A stretch of 64,000 nucleotides of DNA from positions 32,426,001 to 32,490,000 of the forward strand of contig OZ004610.1 in assembly GCA_963924565.1 (NCBI GenBank), read 5' to 3'. Each line of letters opens with the position of its first letter. Positions within the stretch are counted from its first letter, which is position 1. The position numbers were made by a program, and so were the translations under genes. The notes under the pieces were generated by a model. The model made no database searches, was not told the DNA's origin, and worked only from the letters and a program-made list of their open reading frames with translations. Below are positions 48,601 through 60,600 of the stretch, piece by piece. The DNA comes from Ascidiella aspersa. Its lineage: Eukaryota.

Positions 48601-51600
48601 CGCCCACAATACACATCGACTGCTTACATTAAAAACATCCATATAATATAAATAAATTACAATGTTTGTAAAAAAAGTTAAAGTATTGTGTTTGTAAACT
48701 CCAACCATGTCATAACCATTATATCAATGTTCAAATATCGATCATCCAAAAAATTGAAAACTTTAAAGGAATACCAAAAAATACTGTGTTTACACGTGAT
48801 ACTATCGAACTATTATCGCTTAGTTCTGGGGAGCCGGAGCTGGGGCCCGGAGATATTGATATGTGAAGGCCGGGCTAGAGTCATTTTTAATGTATTTGCG
48901 GGGCGTTGTGGTGAATTTCAAGAGATTAAGATGAAAACTACCAAACAGTACAGTTTGGCAATTGTAACTCTGTCACATTGGATGACGTTTCATCGCTGGA
49001 ATCGTACCAGAAGTCGCTTAGATAGTCGTCATACGATGACGTGTCAAAATCCCTGATGTCCACTTTGCCCCCGTGGGAATGTGACAAGCGGAATATTGCT
49101 TCCACGAAAATTACGATCGGGAGACAGATTGCGGCGCTTTGAAGTCAAGAGCTTAAGATGAAAACTACCAAACAGTTTAGTTTGGCAATTGTAACTTAAT
49201 TTAGCCTGATCTAAGGCCACTTAAAAAAATACCACTACGGAACCATTGGCTAAGTGTTAAATGGCTCCGAAACTGTTTAATGGCAGCCGGAGAAAATGCT
49301 GTCTTACTGTGGCTTTCCAGCCGTGGTATCACATGCATATTTATTTCTCGTAGAACGAGCACAACTACCTTGCCGATGGAAAAAAGGCAGCGTCTTTTTT
49401 CTCGTCATTCAACTGACTCGTCGATTCAGAGACTTTTACATCGTTCACAGTCTCAGCAGCCGTGAATTCCAACACGACACTGTTAGTGTCCGTTTCACAC
49501 TTCGTCTCCGACCCAGTTGCTTTAAACTCTTCAGATTCGCTAGCCGTGGTGTCAGTGTCAGAGCCTTGCGACGAATGGTCATCATCACTCGAGATTTGGC
49601 CGCCATTTTCTGTCACATTGGATGACGTTTCATCGCTGGATTCGTACCAAAAGTCGCTTACATCGTCTTCATACGATGATGTGTCAAAATCCCTGATGTC
49701 CACTTTGCCCCCATGGAAATGTGACAAGCGGAATATTGCTTCCACGAAAATTACGATCGGGAGACAGATTGCGGCACTTTGAAGTCCTAAAACATAACAT
49801 ACAGTGATATATTTGATCCTAAAACACAACCATGGAAGTATAACCATCACAAGCAGGTCGTATTGTAATGGTCATTTTTTTCGCACAACTGTGCTTCATC
49901 AGAAATAATAAAATGCAGAGTTTAAAGATTTATTCTACACATCAATTCAATTTCCTAACTTTAAATTAAACTGTTTGTTTTTTACTATGGTCAGATAACT
50001 GCAACATCTCGAATATTATTTATGGCTTAAAAAAAACAGCAGCATTTAAATGTTAGAAGTTTCATCGGAATGATTCATCCAACATTATTGCTTCGATGAT
50101 TTACCTTAAATGTAATGGCCAAGATTTTATTACCGTATAGATCTTTTAACCGATATTGAAGTCGCCATATCTATTTCTTCCTAAAGATAGTGTCGATTTT
50201 CGTGACCTATTTGGCTTTAAATTGTTGCTCACAAATCAATCTAAATAACAGATCCGCATCCAGTGTTTTTCAGTTTAGGAACCCCTGGCATTACCTATAG
50301 CCACGTCGCTCCATTTGAAGGGGTAATATGCGAGTTGTGCCTTTACCTCAAACTTAATGACCAAGATTTTGAAAAAGGCTTTACAAAGAGAAGCGTGATC
50401 TAACGGCGCTCTAAAGCCGAGAAAATTTGCAAAAACACAATTAAATCATTACATTATTAATCACATAGAGTGAAAACCGCAGTATCTCTTACCAACGGCC
50501 ACATCGCTCCATTTGAAGGAGTAGCATGCAAGTTGTGCCGTTACCTCAAACTTAATGACCAAGATTTTGAAAAAAGCTTTACAAAGAGAAGCGTGGTTTA
50601 ACGGCGCTCTAAGACCGAGAAAATTTGCAAAAACACAATTAAATCATTACAATTTTAATCACATACAGTGAAAACCGCAGTATCTCTTACCAACGGCCAC
50701 ATCGCTCCATTTGAAGGAGTAGTATGCAAGTTGTGCTGTGAGTCCCGTTCTGTTGGTGTTTTCCACGTGGAAGAGCAGACTTGCCAGCATGATTGCGAAC
50801 ACGTGAGCACAACAACACGATATCCTCTCAAGTCTTGTCAGGTATAAAACGTCCCAGGGTCGCATACCGAACAAAGAGTACAGCAGATGCCTGGAAAAGC
50901 AAAGGTGAGTAAATTTGTTGTTGATTATGTAACACTTTTGCTTCGTTAAGCAAATACAACGCCATGCATAAAATTAACGGTGGATAATTTTTGTTTGTAG
51001 ATTGTGTGTGTATATTCTAGAAACAACTTGCTCTATATTGTGTGCCTTCTAAAAATCCAAATATATGTTCTGGGAGCATTACGCGGATTCGGTTATTAGC
51101 GAGATTTATCTCGCATTTGTTATTTTACTCTATAGGAGTCCTGGAACTTAAATCATTAAACCAATCCAAATACCGCATTATGTTTTCTTTCAAATCTATG
51201 GCACTTGTGACGTAACAACGAACCTGTCTCTGAGGTAATTCTCGCACTTTACTCTGAACCTCGACCTGTAGGATTGAACAAGCTTTTCACTCGCAACTGC
51301 AAAGATTCGATCGCAAACTCGATCCAACCAGGAATAACAGAAAAAGAAGAAGCACTTTCCGGTACTTGCCTCTTGCACAACGATACGCTGCAAATACCTG
51401 CAAGGTTTTTAAGTTTTTTTTAACTTTCATTTGTGGCAGTGGTTCTTAACCGGGGTGCCGCGGCACTCTAGGGTTCCATTTTTAACGCTCAAGGGTGCCG
51501 AGAGATATATTTTTAATTCTTTAGGATTCCAACGTTTGCTCTGGTGAGCTTCTTGATACAATTTTTTGTGTACGATAAAAGTTCCAAAAATTAGGGAGGC

Positions 51601-54600
51601 TTTTCAACCTTGTTGCACAGTTAATGTGCTGTTGCAATGTCGTTTATCGTAACGTTACAGTTAACCAGTCAGCGAAAATGCGAGCAAGGATGCTGCGAAC
51701 TATTTATAATTTCTGTGGGGTGTTGCAAGCCAAGAAAGGTTGGGAACCACTAATTTATGGCAAATCAAAACCTTTAATTTTTAAACAAACTTTGCTCAGA
51801 AATATTTCTTTGCTCGCAACAAAACGCTTTTCTACTAATCTTTTTAGATATTAGTGTTTTCAACGCTTAAAAATCCGATTTTTAATTCAGAATTACCTCA
51901 AGTCCTCAAGCACGAAAAATATTTACCTTGCACTGACACTTCTGTACATTTCAATAAACATATCGCCATTTTAACCGATGTTTCTTTATATTAGCGATAA
52001 CTTAGTAGAAATGTAAAAATTATACAATGACGGTTGTAAAATTAACTTTAAATTACGTTTTAAATTGACGGATTCGGTATGTAGATTTGCTGCCAGAGAA
52101 TTTAGTAAAATTAACAGTATACCTAATAGTAAATACGTGCTACTTAAATGTGGTTGTTTAAAGTATTCCCAATTTTGCATGGCTTGTTTTGCCTGTTAAA
52201 GGAGTCAGTTTATTCTACTTTCTTTGTTTTTACCATTCTGGGCTCTCTCCATTGCAATCGTGCCACGCTCGAATGGCCACGAGATCACCCAGCGATCCTG
52301 GCGTTTTAATCAGCACAGTAATGACGCTTCCGCGAGCGAGATACTTCTCACCCGTGCCTTTCTGTAAAATAATAAGTTTGAGGCATAATTAGGTATTTTG
52401 AAAAATATTCCTTCCTTACAAGCCCAAACACTTGTTAGGTCCTCCTCAGAAAAAAACACAAATTATTCTACCTTTTTTCATTTATTACTTCGATGCTGAC
52501 ACAAAAAAATGAAAAGCAAACCTACAGGAAAGGAGCCGACCAAATTAAACAAAAATATGTAAAATTGCAACATACACATCTGCGCTAAAAGCTTAGACTT
52601 TATCCTCTGAAACTTGAGTTTTGTTAAACGTATGACGTAGGTATTTATTTCATAACCATGTAAAAATGTGTGCATTGGTGTATATTTCTTAAATGGCTGT
52701 ACCTGTGAAGAAACAATAGACTTAGATTATGGACTTAATAGACTCTTTATAATACCAGTCATTACAGTTAAATAAGCTTTTTATCATATTTAACTGATTA
52801 AATAACTTCTTTCTTATCTATTTTTCCTCCCCAATTCCTCCCCGGAAGAAATTACCTCCCCAAACTTAAAAATTCCCCCCTATTGGAGCCAAGTGGCTGA
52901 GTTAAACACTCCAATACTTGAGAAACACTTACTTACCTGTATCAGATGAATCCTACTTTTGCCCTTGGTTCCGATCAAGGTCATCGCCACCGACGCGGTC
53001 GTTCCCGCGTATCTTCGACTCCCGGTATAGATTGTGACGTAATAAGTGTGATCGTCGAAAGGTGAATTGTCACCAGGTTCGACAAAGAACATCTGGATAA
53101 TATTAAGCAAAAATACTTCACAAGGTCGATCGGTAATATAAATGTGTGTTTAAATAACTTAATTGCGTATTTTATGATTTGGGCGGTTATGTTTTGACTT
53201 GAAAAAAAAGGTCAACATTTTATCAAAATTTACACCTTTGGTCAAAATTGTTTAAAGTCAATATCGTTTACACAAAGCAAAAAAAATTGTTTACACGATT
53301 AACAAAAACTGTATTGAGCACTTTTTTGGTTAAGTTCAATATTTTACCAAATTTAGTTTTGAATAACATCCGACAAAATTTAATTAAATTATATTTCCAT
53401 TAGAGCAGTAGCGGTGAACATGGACCAGTAAAATTACCGACACAGGCCTGGCTTAAGGCATTAGTTTCAGCTCGACCTTGTCCTTTTATTAAGTACTAAC
53501 GTTCATGTCCGTTTGACTTCGACTTCTCAGCCAAACAAAGAGCATCAGATAAACCACCAATGCACTGGCCACCACGCAAACGTACATTGGGTTGCCGAGC
53601 ACTTCGTTCAACCAGCTTTCTAGAAACTGTACGAATACAATAGTTGTATAGCTTGAAATAAATTTTTTTTTTAAGCCAAAAAGGTCGAGCAGATCGGTTA
53701 ACTGAAGATGATTCAAGCTCGTATCGAAATGTCTTAATTATCAAGATGATGTCGAGCTACTCGACCTTTTTGGCTCTGAAATTTATTATCAAGCTACATT
53801 ACAGATCCGTGCATAGTGTATCCAATTAGTTGTCTACTTGTTTTTAAAAAATCTTAAGAAACACTTATTTTATCTTACCGATCAATAGAATATTCCTAAA
53901 TAGCCTCTGAATCTTTCGAAGCTTAAAGACTACAGTAGTGTTGTAATGACCGAGGACAATCACTCGCCTAAGTGCTTTTAAGTCATTGTTTTCAAATGAT
54001 TTGGACACCGATAACTTGCCCCTAGCAAGTTACATCTAAAATGAAATCACGACAACATTTTTTCGAGACATTCTCAAATAGAAAGAAACGTCTCCACTTA
54101 AATAAAACGTATCAATAGAAATAAATGCCTTCACGATTTCTGAATCAATCTTGAAAAATGGTTCCTTATTCCCATATTGGCCACTGGACAAATGCCCTTT
54201 TAATGTGACTGCGTTTTGTTTGTTTCTTCTACCTGATTTTCTTCGGCAACCATTTTGTAGTGATCTACTTTTGAAGCAACTATCCCGTTCACATTTCCAA
54301 CGTTGGACGAATGTTGTAAAGGCCGAAAGGTTCGGCATTGACAAGTATGATCTTCGCTCATCTGAAAGTAAAACATCAAAAGCAAAGTAAGTCAAGTTTA
54401 GTTACTTTAAACTAATTTTAACTTTTGGCCACCGATTTATTATTGATAACCACACTACCTAATCTATATTGTTTTTCAACCCATGGGTCGCGGCTTAACA
54501 TTTGGTCGCCCTTTAATTAGGTTTGGGTGGCCGACCGCAGTATATTTTTTTTGCAAAGATGTTTTGAGATTGTTTCTTGGAAAGATTGCTCCTAAGTTTA

Positions 54601-57600
54601 AGACAATTCAGAAATATTACGAAGACATAGCTCAAATTATACAAGTTTGAATTTTTTTATGCTATTGTTAAATTTGTGTGTTGTTCAGTTTAAGCCTACA
54701 AATAGTTCAGTGAAGATAAAAGCTTTGCTATTGTATATACGCTTAGTGTTTGGTCACGAAAATATTGAGAAATACTAATTTAATCTATAACCATAGAAGT
54801 ATAAACAAAATGCAGTCATTTATGATGAAGATTCTTTAAAATTACGTTTATAAACTAATTGCAATAGAGTAGTAAAAAATCTAAAAAAAAACATACCAAT
54901 TTATATTTCATTCTTTAAATATTTCGCGCTACAATATGACGTCACCTTGCAACCGGAAGTGTCCCAATCGTTTGTGACGTCATTCCATGCGTAACACCGC
55001 GGCTCGTAAACCCTGAGTTTGATTTCTATGGCGCTGCGACGTCGAAAGTAAACAGAGCCCAAGTCAACTCTAGCAGAAACACGGAAAGTTCTGGAAGCTC
55101 TGAGCAGATCAAGCGGGATCGTCAATGACTTCTTTGAACCTGAAATGTTGATATATATAAGCTAAAACACTTTAGAAAGTAAGGAACCTCCCGCAGACAA
55201 TGTAAAAGAGATTCTTGTTTTCGTATCCAAAGATCTTAAGACTGTTTATAAAAACAGATAAAAGATCAAATCATTTCTTAAAATTTACAGAAATGATTTT
55301 ATTTTGGCGCTGATCTATAATTCTGCCACTTATATTAGATACAGTAACGAAACCAGTCGTTAAAATTGAAATTGCAAACTACGAGATTAAGTATAATAAT
55401 ACTTGACCCACCCAAACCCAAACCTAACATGCACCAAAACCAAAATGATGTGCGTTGACCTAATATTTCTTGAACGCTGCGCTGGGAAATTAGCCCAAAC
55501 CCGGGTGAGCATAAACTGTTTTTTTGCTTCGGGGCGTTATAGCATCATTTTGGGTTAGGGTCAGTTATTGAAGACTTGCGAAATTAATTTAGTTTTTGGG
55601 AGTTCGATTCGAATCCCACCGCAGGCTATTACGCTTTTCTAACCTTACTTTGCTCGCATTAAATTGCTCAGAAACGTTACATGAAAATAAACCCTTGTAA
55701 GCTTTTGCAGAAAAACTCTGAGTAAGCCTCCAGTAATCATATTTTTTCTAGTTAAGTCGTGATTACCGAACGGGAAAAATCGCTTCCGTATAATTGCCCT
55801 ATTATCGTCGTCCAAGTCTGTCAAGTTGAACTCCAGGTTCCTCACAAAACTGTTCGGGTTCTGGAAGTCAAAAGCTAGCACCGAATCGTTTGCACTTTGT
55901 GCCCCAACACCACGCGTCACAATCAGACTCCCTGTTGCGTCACTGCGACACTTTGTGACGTCACAGTTGCTGGTGATGTGAAGGCGGAGCACTGAAACTT
56001 GCTGGTTGAATTTGTTTGTGATGGGAAAGCGAACTGGTAGAATGCTGGATGTTTCTGGTGGAATGCGCTGTTGGTTTCGGCAACCTGTGGTCAGTGAAAT
56101 CACCTGGACTTCGTCAACTTTGCTGGTTGAAGTGTTGAAGTTCATAAGGGTCCCGCCCATGGTAATGATCTAATTGATTTAAAATAAATTTCTGTGCTTA
56201 ATAGCTAACAGTTTTGTTCTTATTTAGACATGTTAAAACATACTTATTAATTGCTTTCAACTTAATTTGTTATTTTGTGTTGTGTATTAATGCTGGTGAA
56301 ACATCACTAAAATCAGGTCTTGGTAATTAGCAATTTCGGAAACCGATTTATTTTAATGAAGAGAGATCTTATATAAAACAAATATATGTATATAAGGTCA
56401 TATATATAAATTCCTATTAAAAAAAAAAAAAACTTTTTACAAAGCTAAGACTTCGATTCACTCCGATTTTTACCATCAAAGCCGCAAGTGTAGGACCAAA
56501 CATATTATGTAAAATATACCACTCTTTATGCTTTAAAAATACCAACATATTGTATTTAGAAAATATACCACTTTGTGTATATTACTAGTTAAAGAATAGC
56601 ACTACCAACCTCCATATTTAAGCAGTCCGCTGGAAATAGTTGGTTTATGTTGGAGACGACGACATCGTTTACCGAAAATTCTTTGCCTACAAACAAAAAA
56701 TCATAATGCGAAACCCTGTGTTAATAAATGCGCTTATTTGTATAGCATTTGACTAGAACAAATTTTACTGGTGCGAGCCTCACCTATTTGTGTTGTTCTG
56801 GCCGCAAATGATTGGATCGCTTTATTACGAAGTAAAATTCGTGCTTCTCCTGGCAGTACTTCGGTCGTTAGATGTCGCACGAGAGCAGCTATCAAGAGCG
56901 AGCCTCTGATCTGATTAAAGGGAATTGCATGTTCAGGGGTGATAAATAAATGACTTTATGAAGTGCACAAATATTCGCTTTTTCTTTGATATTGTGCGTT
57001 AAAAGTGAGAAAAAACTCATAAATATATTTGACCCAAAATAAATTGGATGTTCCACGATTAGGTTAATTTAATTTATCTTTTAGAAAATGTCTTGTAAAT
57101 AGTCGAAGTTGCTTATTTTACAAAAGCATGTCATACAATAGATCGATAGACTATACCTATCATGTTCCTATTAATAGTTAAAACGTTGTTATTTAGTCTT
57201 GGTTTGGTTGTCGTTTTTGCCCTATTTAAAAACTTTTGGTTGTCGTTTTTGCCCTATTTTAAAGTCCGGTGACTATGTTGACAAATTTCGAAGCTTGACA
57301 GCTTTAAATAGACTGTTTTAACGGTGCGACTTTAATTTCATTTTTGTTTTTATATTACAAGGATGTGGTAATATTTATATTTGCTTTACTGGCACAAAAA
57401 CAGACAACTTACTGATGTTTGAGCGTCGCTTGTTTTCAAAACTTGCGTCATTAGAAACGTAGATTCCAAAACAAGAGAAGAGATGTTTCGAAGCTTGACC
57501 ATCTTACCTGATACAATGTGACCCTCCATGTATTGTATCTTGTCGAGGACTTTATTCTGTTTCTCGATACTACTTCGTTAAACAGAGAAAATGCAAAAAT

Positions 57601-60600
57601 GTAGCAGTATTTTAAGCTAATATATGTGTTGCTAAATTTGTCGGTAAATAGTCTTCTACGACTTACAAACTTATAGAGGTTACAAGCATATAAATTAATA
57701 TGAATATTCACATTTTAATGGTTTATTTTAGACGTGGTTCCCTTTTCTGGTCGCCAGCCGTAAATTTTAGTGACAAAAACTCACGACATATAAAATTATA
57801 TTTACTTTATTTTTTGATAAACTCAACCAAACAGATACTGGCGTACCACTAGTGGTCTGTGTCACACTATGAAATCCAACTTTAAATAAAAACCAAAATA
57901 CAAAGCTATAAACGCAAAATGTTATATAGATATATAATAGATTTTTATTTAAGTAATAATAATTTTTACCATTAACCGCGAATCTACTTTTAGTGCTACG
58001 TCATACCAACATGACGTCAGTCCAATTTCCTCCATGTTTCGTCACGCTTTGGTAAATGTTAAGAAACTGAAGAGAAGTTTCCAAGGTGGTTGGCTGTAGT
58101 TGGTCAAGACTTGTTATGATTTCTTCCTGCAAATAGCGCATTTGCTATGAATCCTATATTTTCATAATTCGCGCTAAACTACATTGATGTAACATCTAAA
58201 CCCCTGTGGTTCTTTTTATTCTGGTACACTATCCTGCTAATGTTTAGCCAGGTGCGCCTAACTTGGGTGTGCAGAGCGCTTTTACGCCCTGAATTCCTCG
58301 TGGTGATTGGTTTATTGTATATGTTTCATGTGGGTTTAGTTTGCCCAATATAAACTCGGGCTTTGCGATACATCTTGCTATATTTCGTTTGGTAACTATA
58401 TTACCTTAGAATGTAAATATAACATTAATCTGCGGCGCCAATGCCATTTTACTATCGAACCAGTACCGATAACTTGGAATAAGTCATCTGCACATAAAAC
58501 TTCATTTCCTTTATTGACGCTGGTCCTACCAATCCTACCACAATTATTAAATCAGCGCACTTATTTGGGTTAGGGTGCGAGTTAGCGTTTGTGTGTGGGT
58601 TGGTCAAGCATTAGTGTATTCATTATTTAGTAGTATTACTTAACCTACCCTAACCCAAATAATGTGCGCTGTGGTAGGATTCTAGACCAGCGCCCCCTTA
58701 TTAAACACCAACTCGAAAGTTTTCAATTTTAATGTAAAACCAGACTAACTCAATGATTTCTACCTTATTTATTGAATGATCGTCTTTCCGCAATTTCAAA
58801 TGTTTACTTAGTTACCGAAAATATCCTTTACTTACCACTTCCCAATCCTGATTAGGCTTCTCCAAAACTAAAATCGCCATTTGCATTATTTTACTCAGGT
58901 CACCAGCTTCCCAAAACGTCCGGAACGCAGGGATCACAAACCATTTTTCTATATCGTCGTCACGCTTGACTTGAATCGAGAGCTTACGGATGACGCAAGA
59001 TGCCACGTCATCACAGATCTCCACACGTATTGTTACGTCACCAATAGGGAGCGTCAAGTTTGCAAGAGCTCTCTCAAAACCAAATTGCAGCAGATATTCA
59101 GGGTTGTGGTGATCGTTGGTGCCTGACACCGGTAAACAAAATTTGTTCATAAATATAGGTATATTTCAACTAAAATATAGTTTTTAAATTTTTTAAAAAG
59201 TAAGTTTTTTTAGCAAGTTGCACAAAATATGCCTTTTGCATTTAGCATTAAAGTCACCGTTATTGGCTATATTGGCCTGTTACAATACATTTTCATGTGA
59301 AAAATAAAAATGCCAAAAAAATGCTTAAATTAAAATTAAGAATTCCCAACGCGATTCATTTAAGGGACAAAACTATATTAGATTTTAGTATTCCCATTTG
59401 AAAATTTATTTAATTTTGTTACTTTTAAGCGGTGCTTTATACCTGTGGTATCTTTCATGTAGAACTTGTAAGTTAGCGACAGTCCCCTTGGCGAGATTCC
59501 AATACACGTGACGTCAAACTCTGTGACATAAGCACTTCCGGTGGAAGGCGAGATTGCGCAACTTCCGGTCGGCGGTTCGTGGAATGCAACGTCATAAAAA
59601 GCGACGATACTTTCGCCTTTACTAATCGCTAAAAATGCAGTGTTGTAAAACAAATTATTGATGTGGGCAAATAACATTATGAAAAGTTTACCACAGCCAC
59701 TGTAATGTATTTTATAATTTTTTTTCAGGAATTTTGATTTCAATAAAATTATCAACAAAAGTAACTTTTCAATATTTGGAATAATTTTACCGCCTAAGTT
59801 ACTGAGATGTAACCTGAAAATAAAAGGGAATTTCAAAAAAATTAGGTAAACAATCATTTTGAAATAAATCGATTCCATTGCCAGTCTTTGCAACAATAGT
59901 CCAAGGCACGATAAAATATAAATCGAGGGACGTATTCCATTTTTTTGCCACCTGTCAATTATCACTTTTAACTGAATAAGACCTTTAAAAAAGATATGTT
60001 TTCACAACTTAAAAAAAAAATCGGACTTTATGTTTTAAAGACCATTTTTCATCTCTAAACTGGCAGCAAAGATACAAAAATAGTTACGTAAAATGAAGGC
60101 ATAGTAAGAATATTAAAGCCCATACACAAGAACGTTTAGAATAAATCTTTATTCATTTTCAACACTTTTAACTGAAGGCACATATTCAAGTTTGTGTAAT
60201 TTTGGTTTCCAACCTTTTGCCTCAATGGTGACTTCTCTGAATTCGAACAAATACTCAAACTGAGTGCCTTCCAGCTTGCAATAAACCTTGTTCTGGCAGA
60301 AAATCAAAGGAACTTGTGTCTCCCCTCTGAAGCTCCAAAACCACTCGACATTCTCACAAGCTTCGCACTCAACTTGTAACACTAGGGGGCGCCCGTGGGG
60401 TTTTCTGGACCCACAGTTTTGCCAACATCTGACAACGACAAAACCGCGCGTTACTTCACCTGTTCTGTTCTTAATATACACCTTAACTGGTTAGGGATTA
60501 AGCGAAACAGCAATAAATCATTTTCTAGTATCGTCATATCTTTACATTTATAAAATGAAATAAAATTTACAAATACGAACAATATTTAAGATACCTTTAC

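Noticed and set aside
49280-49782. Plus-strand ORFs overlapping exon 20 (likewise 1927-2160, 54151-54390, 58881-59126)
   Set aside because: They are antisense shadows of real minus-strand exons.
57508-57556. Short version of polycystin exon 9 using the strong-looking CAG|gtaaga donor
   Set aside because: It gives phase 1, which is incompatible with exon 10; reading through to the donor at 57413 restores the frame.
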